A stretch of 64,000 bases of DNA from the human T2T-CHM13v2.0 reference genome, Homo sapiens (GCF_009914755.1 NC_060936.1); one strand, 5' to 3'. Shown: positions 31,791-45,714, numbered from the stretch's first letter. Translations and numbers: made by a program. Notes: generated by a model not told the origin, from the letters alone.

Positions 31791-34700
31791 AACAACCTTA
31801 CAAAGCAGGCGCTATTATTATCCCCATTTTACAGATTAAGAAGTTGAGGAACAGAAGGTTTAATGAATTTGCTTAAGGTGACATGGCTTGCAAGTGGCTG
31901 GCCAGATTTGAATTAGGCATTTGGCAGACTGCCTTATAGAATACTTGTGAGGAGCAAAATGACATAATGAATGTGAAACGTTGATCCTAGCATCTCATAT
32001 GCACTTAATAACTGTTATCTTTATCTTTATTATTATCGATAGTATCATTCTATACTGAAAGTGGAGTGGTTTAACAGTGAATGGATGCAAAGATAAAATG
32101 TCAATCTGAATGAGTGGGTGCTCCAGGAAAATTGTATTACGTGTCTGTCTTTTCTTCTTTGCCTTCTCCTGCATTTTATCCACAGGGGGAACTACCAGTT
32201 GCTGAACCAGGGACTATTCCAGGATTTCCACACACATGACTTCATTTAATCTCCACACTCTTCTTGTGAAATGACTGTTTCTTATCCCCATTGTGCTGAG
32301 GAAGAAACTGAAGCTCAGAAAAGTTCAGCAACTAGTTCAGGATGCCACAGCTACAAAGTGGTTGAGTTGGGACTTGGGCTCAAAAGCCTGTGCGCTGAAC
32401 TGCCGCAGCCCAGTGGTGAAATCTGGATCATAGGGGCCCCCAGGAGGATCCCAGAAGGACTCAAGTGCAGCCTGAGGGGCGTGTGGGGTAGAGGGCGGGG
32501 CTTGCCTTGGTGGTGGTGGTTATGGTTGATGATTGTCCTTGCGCATAATATGTGGTCGCAGGTCTTTTTTTAGTCCCCGCCGGCTTCCCCTCTCCCTGGC
32601 TGCCCCATGAGTCACTTCCCAGCTGTCCATCAGATCACAGCGTAGCCTCCTCAGCTGGAGGCCCTGGGGAAATAGCTGGCTTTATCGTCTCCAGGGACAG
32701 CTCCCCCCATACCCTGCCTAGCTGGGTGGGCTCAGTGCCATAAGAAGCACAGGCCCTCTGACAAGTAGAACTGAATTCAGAAAACTGTGACATACAGGAG
32801 AATTGATTCCATTTCTACTGCAGAGGAGACTGAGGCTGGTCCTCCCTGAGAATCACAGAGCTGGGTTTTTCCCAGACTCTGGAGTTAGGTGGACCAGGGT
32901 TCAAATTCTGGCTCTATTGCCTACAAGCCAGGTGATCTTGGGCAAGTCAGTTCATCTTTCCCAGCCTCAATTTTCTCGTCTGCTTAATAAGGGTAATGGT
33001 AGCGCTCCCTCATAAAGAAAATGTCGTTGAGAGAATAAAATGAGTTAATTCATATAAAAGTCTTTAGAATAATATTGGACACATCATAAGTACTCAATAT
33101 CTGTTAATAATCATCATCATTATTATTAAGTGCTTAAGCAGTGCCAGCCTCCTTGCTGAAAGAACTGCTCCCTGGATGCTGCCTCATTTACTGAGTGACT
33201 GAAAAGCCTTCTATAGTTTGTCAGTAAACAGACTTCTGGAATTTGACCACTTATTAGCTGTGTGATGTCAGGCAAGTTACCTAACCTCTCTGTGACTCAG
33301 TCTTTCCCTTTGTTACATGAGAGTAATAGTGAAAACTAATTCTGAAGGCTGTTGGGAAGTGCCTGACATGTAGAAATTGCTTCATACATGTTGGCTATTG
33401 TGGGGTTTTATTATATTCATTATGACTGTTTCTATAGGCACTGTGTTAAATGTTGAGCAACACAGTCCCTGTGCTCATGGAGCTTGCAGGCCTGTGCTGG
33501 GTTTAATTTATTCATCAAAGAATTATGCAGATGTAAATTTACAACTGGTGACATGTGCAACAAAGGAGAGACATACAGGCTATTAGAGTCTTTACCACAG
33601 CTCTTGATGTGGTTGGGAGTAAGGCTTCACTAAGGAAATGGGGAAGTGAGGCTTGAGTGAGGCTGGAATGAGGCTGAAGCATGGCCAAGTTGGTGGAAAA
33701 GGTAGGAAGAATACTTGGTGAATGCGAACTGCATGTGCAAAGGGCCTGTGGCAGGGGAGAGCATGGGGGGAAGGTAGAATGGCCACTGCAGCTGGAATGG
33801 GAGAGGGTAGGGAGGGAGCCTGGTAGAGGTTAGACTAAGCATCTGCCAGATTAAGCAGGCTTTTATAGAGGGCACTGGAGAGCCCTTGAAAGCTTTTAAG
33901 GAGGGAGATGCAGTGATCAGATTTGTGTTCTAAAAAGATCATGTTGGCATTAGTTCAGAGAGCAGACTGGAAGGGTGAATGTGGGAAGGCTGGTTAGGTA
34001 TTGTCATCATCCCCATCTTACCCAACAAGAATCTGAGGCTGTGACACATTAAGTCACTTGCCCAAAGTTGCTAAGACAATAAGTAGAGAACTCAATTTAA
34101 AAACAGAATTTAAGTCTGAGGGACTTCAAATTTGACCTTCCTCTCACCATACCATGCCTCATTCCAAGGGAGTATCTGGTTTAACGCTCACATTTTACAG
34201 ATGTGGAAACTGAGGCCCAGAGTGGGCTACTGTCTTGTCCAAGATCACACAGCAGAGCTGGAACCGGTATCCCAGGTTTCTGGATTTTTAGAGCCCATCT
34301 CCCATCCACAGTGATGTATTGTCTCCTCTAAACCAGATCACTCGTGGGAAGCATAGTGGGATGAAAGCCTGCATTGTTGACAGCAGTTTGGAGATTAATT
34401 TACGATCCTGCTGTAATATCTCCGGTTTTGCTATACATCTCACAGTAAAATAAATGCTAGTCTGGAAGCATGTGGAGGTCCCCATTACATCGTGGCTGAA
34501 CCACTGAAAGCAATTACTGTGAAGATCAGGTGTGCTAAATGCAGAATCAAATTAACAGTTCCCCTGTGCATTCATATCTAAAAGCAAATCAGAGAGGAAG
34601 CTTTGAGGAGGGGTAAGTGAAATCTTAAAGTACAGTGCCTGCCTCTGAGGTTGAGGCTGCATGGATTAACTGATTTTCTCTGGGTGGTATGTGTCATTGT

Positions 34701-37269
34701 TCCTTCCTAATCCCAGCTCAGGTTACCACCCAGAGAGTCATGAGGTGCACAAGAAGCACACCAGACTTAAATTACCTTTCTTTCTCTGGATGCTTCTGAG
34801 CATTTCAAGTACTGGGAACGTGGCACAGCCTTTTTCTCTCTCTGACTCCTCCCTCAGCCCCTTTCAGCCTTCTCTATACTGACTTTGAGGTTTAGGGGCT
34901 GGGCTCACCCTCGTGAGCAAAGCCACAGGTGCTTCCCGCCCTCATGGAGCTTGCAGGCTTGAGGCGGGTTTAGTTTACTCACAGATAGTCACACAGATGT
35001 CAAACTGCACCCATGACAGTTGCTCCGCGGGAGAGGTTCACGGGGACAGGAGTGTTTGATGGGGACAAAGCCTCCTTAGACTGCGGGGTGAGGTCCAGGG
35101 CGGTGCCTGCAAGGAGGGGAGCTGCCCCTTCCTTGGGCTTCCGGGGGGACCGGGGACACCAGGCATTCAGAGGTGGAAGGCTCCTTGTCAGCCTCCTCCA
35201 CCTGGTGCTGGTGGTGACACAAGCGGTGGGGAAGCCTGCAGGGATGGGGTGGGTAAGAGTGTGATCTGTGCACAGGTGATTGGAGCTCCTCCTTCCCACC
35301 CGGAAGTCTGCACCACCAGGGCAGGCAGAGGGCGGAGAGCAGGGAATCTCATCCCCATGTCAGTGCCTCTGATTCTGCTCAATCTCCTTCCCTTTGGAAG
35401 CCCTCCCCACCCTCGTCCTGCTCCTGCCATTCTGCGGCTGCCATTGTTGGGGCCAGATGATAGGCCTCTGGTTCAGCTTGCTGCGGCAGCCATGGTGGAT
35501 GGAGGGCAGGGGCCTCCCCCCCGCCCCACCTCTCCCCACCTGGGTCCGCTGGCTGCTCTCGCTGATTCGGCTGCTGCTCTAAGTTTTCTCTCTCCCAGCA
35601 TGAGAGCTATGGATTAAGGAAACAGACCAAGAGTGAGCTGGCACCTTCACAGCCTCTGATGGCCCCGTAATGTGGAGCCTCGAGGGGCAGCTGGGAGCGT
35701 GTGCTGGGGTAGGAATTTCCCTGAGCCCCACAGTGCATGGGAAGGCGTCACTTGGCTCAGGCCCAGGAGGGCGGGCTCCTGCTGTGTGATCTCACGCTCC
35801 TGACCTCTCTGAGCCTCATTGCCCTCACATGGGAGTTGGAAATAATGATCACACCAGGTTCTGGTGTTGATAGAGTTGGACTTGTCTAATGAGGCGATGC
35901 TTTGGAAAACCAAGAAGCCCAGCACATCGTCATGGTAAATCTGACACATTCTGACCATTTGCCACACTCCTGGCACCATTTTAGGTAATGGAGAGCATTA
36001 GCTGCTCTATGAGGCAGATATGGTTATCATCTCTGTTTTACAGATGAGGACACCTGGGAGAGATGGATAGACTTGCTCAAAGTCCTACAGTTAGTAAGAT
36101 GCAGAGTGGGGACTCCATCCCTGGTTCTCGGTGCCTGTTCCTAACCACCGTGCCTTGAGGAGGGAATATGGGATGTGAGAGAGATCTGACTCAGAAATCA
36201 TGGAAGATGACTGAGGAGTACTTACCCAGGCACCTGGGGTGAGTAATGTCACCCCTGTCAGGGGCAGAGAAGTGAGGCAGCTGTCCTGAGACTGTGTGGC
36301 TAGTAGCAGCAGAGGCCGGGGTTGAACCCAGGCCATCCTGCCTCAAGGCCTGAGTACACATGAGGGGAGGAGGGGAAAAGATGTGAGTCTCCCCAGGCCA
36401 TGCCATGCGATGTTGTGACCCGCAGGAAGGCCCTGTTCTCCTACTGGCCCTGCTAGGGTTGGGCTACAGATTTGCCACTGCTGAGCTTCCCAGAAGCCTG
36501 TGCAAAAGAAGCAATCATGAGCCGACTCACAATTCTTTATGTGGTAGATGAGACAGCAATAAACTAGTTGCTATAGCTGTGCCTGTTGCTTAGGCCAGAA
36601 AGAAGTTTCTCAGTAGGAGACTAGAAGCCATTATTAAGCTGCATTTAGTGACCTCACATTTCAGCCCACGGTTGTTAAGGAAGAACAAGGGGAGCTGCTT
36701 CTTGATCTGCAAAGGGTCTCTCCCACCCATCCCTGCTGCTTTCACCCCCTCCCTCATTCCTTATGGGATGTCCAGTTGTTCTTTGTGTATAAACAGAAGG
36801 CAGGGGTTGGGGCAGCATATGACTCTTCCTCCTATGTTCTGGAGGAGGGTCTTAGGGTCAGAAGGTGGCCTGGAAGTGTATATCTAAGTCAGATGGTCTG
36901 TAGAGAAGCAGAGTGAGTTCATATGCTCCTCTGGGACAAAATAAGCAGACCACACATTGCACCTGCAAGTATAGTCATCAGCAAGCTGGGGTGCAAGTTT
37001 AGGGAGGCAGGAGAGAGCTGGGTGGGACCTGGGCTTTGGAGAGGTTTCATCGTTGTGGTCAGATGAGACAGCACTTGAGGGTTTAGTGCCAGAAGAGGAC
37101 ATGAGGCCCACTCTAGAACAAGCCGTGTTGATCTCAGGCAAGTGACTTAACCTCTTTGGACTTGTTTCCTCATCAGAAAAATGGAGATAAGAAATATACC
37201 AGGTTCTCAGAATTGTTTTGAGGCTCAAAGGAATCCTCAGATGTAGAAGTGCTCTGTAAACTGTAAAAT

Positions 37270-38600
37270 AACCATTCATTCGATCATTTGTTCAATAGCT
37301 ATTTATCGAGAGCCTACTATATACCAGGTATGGTTCTAGATACTTAGCATCCATCAGTCCATAGAAAAAAATCATTGCCTTTACAGAACTTACATTCTAG
37401 TGGGAGAGACCCTATGTACTAAACACACTGAATAAGTAAAAGTGTTAGAAGGTGACACCTGCCATGGAAAAAATAAATCAGAGTAAGGGGAATCGGGAGA
37501 GTAGGGGATGGTTGCAATGATAACATGGTCAGGGTAGCCTCACTCCAAAGATGACATTGTGTAGAAAGATGAAGGAGGTGAGGGAATTGATCATGTTGGT
37601 ATCTGGGAGAAAACTGTTTCAGGCAGAGGGAACAGCCAGTGTAAGGGCACTGAGGTGGGAAGAGCTAAGAACCCATTGTGGTGGAGAAGCATGAGTGAGC
37701 CAAGAGTAATGAAAGGTGAAAGCACAGGGTCACCGTAAGCCAGGTTGGGTAGGGCCCCATAGGTCATTGTAGACTTTAGCTTTTGTTCTTAGTGAACTGG
37801 GAAGCCATGGCAGGTTTTGAATAAGGATTGGCAGGTCTGGTTGAAGATGGACTCCAGAGGAACAAGAGTGCAGGCAGGGAGACCAGTGTGTGGAGGCTCT
37901 TCCAATAGCCCAGGCAGGAGAGGATGGTGGCCTAGCCAGGGTGGTAGCAGTGGAGGTGGGCTAGGAAGAGGCTTCTGGCTGTAACTAAAAGGTGGATTCA
38001 CCAAGCTCCTGTTGATACGTTGGGTGTGGGGTGTGAGGGAATGAGGGGGGTTAAGGAAGACTCTGAAGGGTTTTTGGTTTGAACAACGAGGAGGAGTTGT
38101 CTTAACTGAGACGGGAAATACCGTGGAAAGAGCAGGTTTGGAGATGGCAGGAAAATCAGGACTCCAGCTTGGGACATGCAAAGTTCGAGGTATCTTTTAG
38201 GTGTCCAGGAGGACATGTTAACTAGGCCATTGGATACTCATTTAGGAGTATCTCGGATTCAGGAGAGAGGATGGTTTGGAGATAAAAATTTGGGAGTTGA
38301 GAGCATGTGGATGATATTTCAAACCATGAGGTGGGCAAGGTCACAGCGGGAGTGAGTATAGAAGGGACAAGAAGACCAAAGACAGAGCCCTTCCTTGGGC
38401 CAGATGGAAGAGGAGGAACCAGCAGAGGAGGCTGAGAAGGAGCAGCCAAGTGTGGAGGAGAACTGGGAATGTCCTAGAAGTTAACAGAAGATAGTGTGTC
38501 CCCAAGGAGGAAGTGGTCCCTTGCATCAGGTGGTATTTGAGGTAGTTACTCCCATTGTACCCCCAAACTCTGTGAGTATTTCTGTCTGCAACCCTTGGGG
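37270..38600 (+). mobile_element. L2 element fragments
   Basis: cattcattcgatcatttgttcaatagctatttatcgag start and extended purine-rich L2-like body. Confidence 0.65.
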
Positions 38601-38633
38601 ACTGTTTCAGACCCCATGAAGAAGCAGCATTGA

Positions 38634-38915
38634 GGCCAGGTGCAGTGGCCTACGCCTGTCATCCCAGTGCTTTGGGAGTCCAAGGTGGGAGGATTGCTTG
38701 AGGCCAGGAGTTCGAGACAAGCCTGGATAACATAGCAAGACCCCATCTCTATACAAAATGTAAAGAGTCAGCTGAGAGTGGTGGCATGCACCTGTCATCC
38801 CATCTACTCGGGAGCCTGAGGTGGGAGGATCACTTAAGCCCAGGAGTTTGAGGCTGCAGTGAGCTATGATCATGCCACTATATTCCAGCCTGGGTGACAG
38901 ATCAAGACCTTGTCT

Positions 38916-38956
<41 letters not shown>
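38634..38956 (+). mobile_element. AluJ with an uninterrupted A40 tail
   Basis: AluJ-type features (aggattgcttgaggccaggagttcg; gagctatgatcatgcc); A run 38917-38956. Confidence 0.9.
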
Positions 38957-38957
<1 letters not shown>

Positions 38958-41900
38958 CAGCAGCATCGATGTACTTATTGGGAACCACACTAACCATAAT
39001 GATTCTGAGGATATTTGTGATGTTTTCCTAAGGGGATAGAGGGAAAATGCCCTCAGTATATCATCTATAAACCATAAACCAGGGGGATTAGGCCAAATCA
39101 ACGATTTTGATCTGGGTTCTCATGGATTAAGGCAGGGAGGCTTCTCACTTCCACCCTGTACACACACATCAGCAGAGTTTTTCTTCTTGTATCTGTTTTA
39201 TATATACTGGGATTTTGAATAAGATGTAGAGTTTGAAGAGCACTAGCCTGGGTAATGAGCAAGTCCTTCCTGCTCTGGCATCCCATGAGGCTCTGACTAC
39301 CCACGGAGCTGGGATCCCACAGTGGATGTGTGCTTTGGCTTTGACCAATGAGACAAGCTTGGAAAGTGTCCTGCTGAGTCTCAGAGAAGCAGCTGAATGA
39401 GGCTAGGCGAGTGAGGTAGGGCCAGGAGGGGAGGGAAAGAGTGCTGCGCTTGGAACCTTTGCAGCTCCAGGACCCAACAGGGATGGAAGAGAGAAGACAG
39501 GGCATGAGGAGAACCAATATTGGTAATAAACTGAACTGGCAGAATTCAGGGTCCAACAACTGGATGCTTCACAGTTGAAGATGACTCTCCCTTCCTCCTC
39601 CTGCCCCGACAATTGTTTGCAATTCTGCTCCCTCCCCACCACCCGCCCAATGCAAAGCTTGTTCGTGTTCCTCCTTCACTGCTGCATCCTCACCTCCCAG
39701 GTGGCATTGCTGATTGGTGGGAGCAGAGGTAGAACTCATCAAAGCCATCTCTGAACCAAAAATAGCCTGTCCAGCCAGACACTTCCCAACCTTCCATGCC
39801 AAAGTGCTTGTTGTCATTTGTCAAACTTGGCACATCCACCTGATGGCTCTCAAAGGTCTGAGGTTGAAAACAGAAAGGATCAGTCCTGCATTCCCAAACG
39901 CTGACGTGAGCAAATGATGACTTTGGGATATTGTGACTTGTACAGTTTAAGTTACTTACCCACTCAATCGTCTAATCTGGTTGATTTTAAGGGGAGGGAT
40001 CACATGGAAGTTACATCAAGGATCTGAAGACAGTCTGGCTGCAAATCCCAGCATCGTCCCTTATTAGCTGAGTCACCTTGGGCCAGTTCTCTCTGAGCCT
40101 CAGTTTCCTCCCTTGTAAGCATGGTAACCTCATAGGAGTGTTTGGGGATAAAACAGAATGACGTGACGTCTATAAGCACTTAGTGTGTGGCAGTGAGTTC
40201 TTGATACATGTTGGCTGGTATTGTTGGGACTGTCATTCCCCAGTCATAGAAAACCTCTATTATAACACTCATCAGATTATACTGAATGACCCACTAACCT
40301 ATCAGTCTTTACAGATCATCTTGTGTCTCCAGCACAGCATCTGGCACATAGTAGGCACTTCAACATACTGTTCAGCGGATGACACCATAGAATGTAAACT
40401 TCATGCAAGCACAGATATTTGTCTGTTTTATTCATTACTATCCCGGCAACACCTAGAAGACTGCCAGAGTATAGTATGTCCTGAATAAATATTTGCAGCC
40501 TGTGAAAATGAACTGTGAATTAATGGAGCTTCACTAACAGGCAAATCCAGAGCTTGTTGCTAACCATTGGTTAACTGGCTGGGAGTCTTCCTGCATATTT
40601 CTGAATTCTCAGCCCTGAACAACGCTCCTTTTCAAAGCTTGCTTCTCTTTGAAGAACAGAAAGGAAATGATTGCCCATTATCCCTTTGTACCCAGTTTCA
40701 GCCCATGAGATGGCACCTCGTTCTAATCCAAAGTTGAAAGCTGTGTCTGCATAGACTTTTGGATCTTAGAGCTGAGAGAAGCTTCACAATTCTCCGGGCG
40801 CAGCCCCGCTGTCTTCAGTCTGGGTATCAGATGGATTTTGCAAGCTAGACACCTGAGAACCAGGGGGATTAATAGACTTGTATGGGGTTGCACAGCTGCT
40901 GGCAGGCAAGTGAGTCTAGTGGGCGATAGAAGTCCTGTTTTAAAGGTGGAAAGTCCTTCCTTCTCAGCTGGATCGGGATCTCAGCCCTCTGAATTCCCAG
41001 TTGGTGCCTCTACGATGCCATGCTGCCCCAGGGAAAAGGAAACAAGGCTTTGTTCTCTTTCTTTAGTTGTGATTCACACCACTTCCTACTTATTAATGTG
41101 GCTGGTTCCCATGTACCAGATTCTACTGAGCACGTTCACAATAGTATCTCATTCAGTTGCTCCATCACCACCGATGATGTCGGTGTTACTAGTTCCACCG
41201 CACAATTGAGGAGCTGACTCAGAGAGGCTAACAGATACTCAAGGCCATGCAGTGGGGATGTAGGGGCTGAGGTTCCCACCCAGCCACCTGGCTCATCATC
41301 ACCAGACCCTCCCATTAACTGTGTTGGCCACATACGGTAAGGGCACAGTGTGACACGTTGAAAGTTCCTTCAATGCTCTGATGACACCAAAACTGTGTCT
41401 AGATGTTGTTAAGGCAGCCGGTCAATTCCATGGGGGAAAATCAGCCATTAGGTGAATAATTGTTGATTTAATCAAATTGGCAATGTAGAATTATAAAGAT
41501 AAAGCAACCACTTGTCTATCCTCTTATGAGTCGTTGTTTGTGGTCTTGCTGTTCTCTCTCCATCTCTCTTCTAATTCTTCATTCAGGAAATAGTTCAGTG
41601 CCTAGGAGTGCCAGGTACTGGTGTAATGGGAAAAGGACATGCCACTGTCAGTTTCTAACCTGGTTTTGTTGTTGGAAAGACCAGAACCATTTTTTTTCCC
41701 CAGAACAGTGTGATACTAATTAATTCAAATACTCTATCTGAGCCGGTTTAACCTAATGTTCCTCCTGACTAACTCAAATCTGTATCTTCTTTCCACTTCC
41801 TCAGGGACCAAACTCACCTGCCAGTTGAATGAAACTGAAAAGGGGGCCACAGTAAGACAGGAGGAGATGTTTAATATTAATCAGGCTATACTGACTGTAA

Positions 41901-42454
41901 TTTCGAACCCCACAACGCCTTATTATTATTAATTCTTTAGACTTCCATAATTTACAGCGTCTTGTTAATTATTTCTATTAATATTCACAACAGCCCTATG
42001 TTGTAGAGTGGGTAGGCGTTAGTATCCTAATTCACACAAGAGGAAGCTGAGGGTGGGAAGGGTGAAGTATCTTGCCCTATGTTACCAAATAAGTGGCAGT
42101 CTGGGCAAATGTTTGATTCCACTCCAGTGCTCTTTCTGGGCACATTGTTAGTGCTCAAATGTCTTGAGGACCTGGACTGAATATTCCAGGGTTGGGAAGT
42201 CTCATCTGAAGACTAATGAGGACATGGAGGTTGACTCAGCCTTGGACATAATCCAACCAACCCAAGGAATACGTTATGTTGGGGGACATAATCCCCCAAC
42301 TCTTGGACATATGAAGTTGTTCTGTCCCCTGTAGCCTCTAAGGCCATTATGAAGCCTTGTGGCTGACCCTGGCCCCTACCCTCTTATCAGCAGTCATCAG
42401 AGGTGATGAGGCTCCTCGAGAGCCACCCAGAGCATTTTAATTAATTAACAAATT

Positions 42455-42622
42455 AATTTTTAAGAGACAGAGTCTCTCTCTATTGTCCAGGCTGGAGTGC
42501 AGTGGCTATTCACGGGTATAATCATAGTGCTCTATAGCCTTGGACTCCCGGGCTCAAGCCATCCTCTTGCCTCAGCCTCCAGGGTAGCTGGGACTACGGG
42601 GTATGCCACAGCACTCAGCTTA
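42455..42622 (-). mobile_element. Partial AluJ
   Basis: gagacagagtctc...caggctggagtgcagtggc...gtagctgggactac. Confidence 0.8.
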
Positions 42623-45317
42623 TCAGAGCATTTTGATTTAGACCTCAGATGCTGCTACTTGAAAGTTAGGAAGTCCATGGAATGTCCACTCAAAAGGAGA
42701 GGAGGATGTAACTTGTAGATTATCTGCACTCTTGCTAGTTCTGCAGGTCGGATAACCCCTTAGTCAACATCCCACAGGCCCAGAAAGAATGGGCCACCGT
42801 CCTGGGCTCCTTGCACCTTTCCCATAGTGGGCCTTTCTGGAGGAACCTGTGGCCCAGCCCGATCAAGCTCTTTCTGAAGGAAAACACAAGTGCAGAGGCT
42901 TAAGCCCCACATGCCTCGGCTCAGCTATCAATCTGTTCCGCACCCACCCAAAAGAGGCCATTCTGTGTTGCACCGGATTCTTGAAAAGATGAGGACTGCC
43001 CGGTGAGAGACATGCCTCTAGACAGGTTCCCTTCCTTTTGTGTTTTTACTCTGCTAAAAGATTTCCACTGAAAGATTGTCACAATCAAAATCTTTATGTA
43101 TTCTGCTCACAGGGCCTCTGTTATGGATCTTAATCAGTCATCATGTTTTCCTTAAAATGAGTTTTCTATGAAAGGAGAAGTGGGAGGTTATTGATTGTAC
43201 ATCGTATATCAAAGGAAGCTTCAGTGTGTTTTCATTTGGGTTAAGCAATGGGAAGTATTTGTTGCTATAGTAGTGCCCGAGAAACAGGGAGCTTGTGTGT
43301 GTGCATGCACGTGTGTGTGTGTGTGTGTGTGTGTATGTTGCATGTGCATGTGCCTATATCAACTCAGCAGAATTATCAGAAATTGGACGCCTGCCATAGC
43401 TTCTGAGTGTGGGTTGAGTTTTGATAACTAATTTGCCAACTGTCATGTAGGCAATTCTAACATCTTCATAGACTCCAGCCTTCTTATCTATGGAGGCCCC
43501 ATCCCATGTCACACTCAAACACAAACCATTACCTTTATATTCCTGGCTAGAAAAAAATTTGTAATGATTTTGCTTTTGTGGAATGGTTTTTGCTGTGTTG
43601 ATATCATATTTATTTTATGAGGGCTCTGATTTATCTGCTATTATTTTATATCCTCAGGAATTCTTCCAAAATGAGAAACATCTAACCAGACTTTTTTTTT
43701 TTGCCCCCCAACGAAATTGTTGTGAATACTGAAGTCAACAATTAATTATGCTGACTTCACATTAAGCATGTTAGCCATTTACATAGTTATTAATCATGGC
43801 TTTGCAGTTTTCTTTTCATGTGTTGGAGTTGATAATTTTTGAAGTGTTGGATATTTTCTTGCGCTCAAGAAGGCCCAAGAACTGAGTTGCTTAGTGGAGA
43901 AAAAATGGTCTTGTGCTTTTGACATAAAGAAACCCAGCTGAGACTGGCCTCAGAAAGGTAACTCTGAGAGTTTCATTCTCTGACTGAGGCATCTCACACA
44001 TTCTCAAATGCATACACACTCACACTGTGCAGGGCTATGCAGTTGTTAACAATAAATAGAATCTAGTACAAAATTTAAACAAAACCAAACAGTGAGCCTT
44101 CTCCCATCTCTTCCCCCTTCCCTGTGGATGGTGCTGTGTGTTGTCTATAAATCTGAATAGGAAGATATTTGTGTTCAGAATCTGGAGGTGGGGAAGGGAA
44201 AAACAGTTGGTACCTGTGATGTGACTCCTCGTTTTTTTTTCAGTTCACTGGTCCCTTTTCCTACAGCTACATGAAGCATCGATGCAACCCTTGGAGAATC
44301 GATTAAGTGGCCACCCATCCTATTTTAGAGAGAATAAAAAAATAAGCACCAGGCAGGAACAAACAAAGAAACAAACAAACCCTCCTGGGAAATTCACCAG
44401 AGATCTCCCAGGATGGAGCCCTTTTCTAGCTAAGTCACTTTACAATCTGCACATCCCCAGGTATGTTTTCGAAAATTTGCCAAATGCTTACAAAAATTAG
44501 GAATTTGGTGAAGAGAAACAGAAGGGCGGTGCTGAGTGCCCATTCTTGGCCAGGCTGGTGCTGGAGAGACAAAGATGAATACAATGCAGTTGGTGCCCTT
44601 GAGAAACACACACCATTACTCAAATCTAGGATGATGTGAGATGTAATGCAGGCTGCGAACAGCGGGCCGTGGGAAGGGCTGGGCACAGACTCCAAGCCCT
44701 GTCACAGGTTGCTGGGAGCTCTATGAGCAGAAGAGCCAAGGATGCACTGTTAGCATACCCCTGAGTGCTGTCTCCCGCAATAGCTGGGCCACACCAAGCT
44801 GCAGGTGCAGACAGGGATTGAGTAATCATGGTTTTGCTCCTGACACACTGTGCTGTCTTCATCCACGTTCTTCCATAGCACTGTAGCAGGGACTTGTGAA
44901 GCACCTACCTTGTGACACAGGCTTTGTCCCAGGAGCTGAGGGTCAACCTGGAGGTTGACTAGACTCCCTGGCAGGGGAGTCTAGCAGTGAATGAGAATGC
45001 CACTGCCCCAACCCCGTGAGGCTGTCCAGGAAATGTAGACATTGACCAAGTCAGTGCAAGACTGAGGGGGGTAAGAAGAAAGAGAGTGCAGGGTTCCATG
45101 GGCCTCAGTTTCTTCAGCTGTTAAGTGAGGGAGGGAGTTGAGCTGTCAGTGGTTATCAGACTTAATAGTGACCCCTTTGTTTGGTGTGCAGTCTTTCTGG
45201 GAACCTCAATATGTGAAACATTAAAAAGCAGAATTGTTTGGCTATGATCAGCATCAGTGGATGCTACTCAGTGGAACCCAGTTTGAAAACCAGTGGGTGA
45301 AGTGATCCCTGAGGAGC

Positions 45318-45714
45318 TGGTATAGTTTGAATATTTGTCCCTGCCCAAATCACATGTTGAAATGTAATCCCCAGTGTTGGAAGTGAGCCTGGTGGGAGGT
45401 GTTTCGATCCCTGTTGGTTTGGCACTGTCTTCACCACAGCAAGTTCTCATGAGATCTGGCCTTTTAAAAGGGTGTGGCACCTCCCTCCTCCCTCCCTGGT
45501 CTTGCTTGCTTCCGCTTTTGCCATGTGACATGCCTGCTCCCCACTCACCTTCTGCCATGATTGGAAACTTGCTGAGGCCTCCCCAGAAGCCAAGCAATGC
45601 CAACATCACGCTTCCTCTACAGCCTGCAGAACCATGAGCCAATCAAACCTCTTTTCTTTATAAATTGGCCAGTCTCAGGTATTTATTAATAGCAGTGCAA
45701 GAACAGCCTAACAC
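45318..45714 (+). mobile_element. MST (MSTA/B) solo LTR
   Basis: tggtatagtttgaatatttgtccc...gcagtgcaagaacagcctaacac. Confidence 0.85.

Noticed and set aside
32400-32760. GC box plus AP-1 (TGAGTCA) cluster; similar at 52740-53060
   Set aside because: Short motifs occur frequently by chance; cannot be supported without chromatin data
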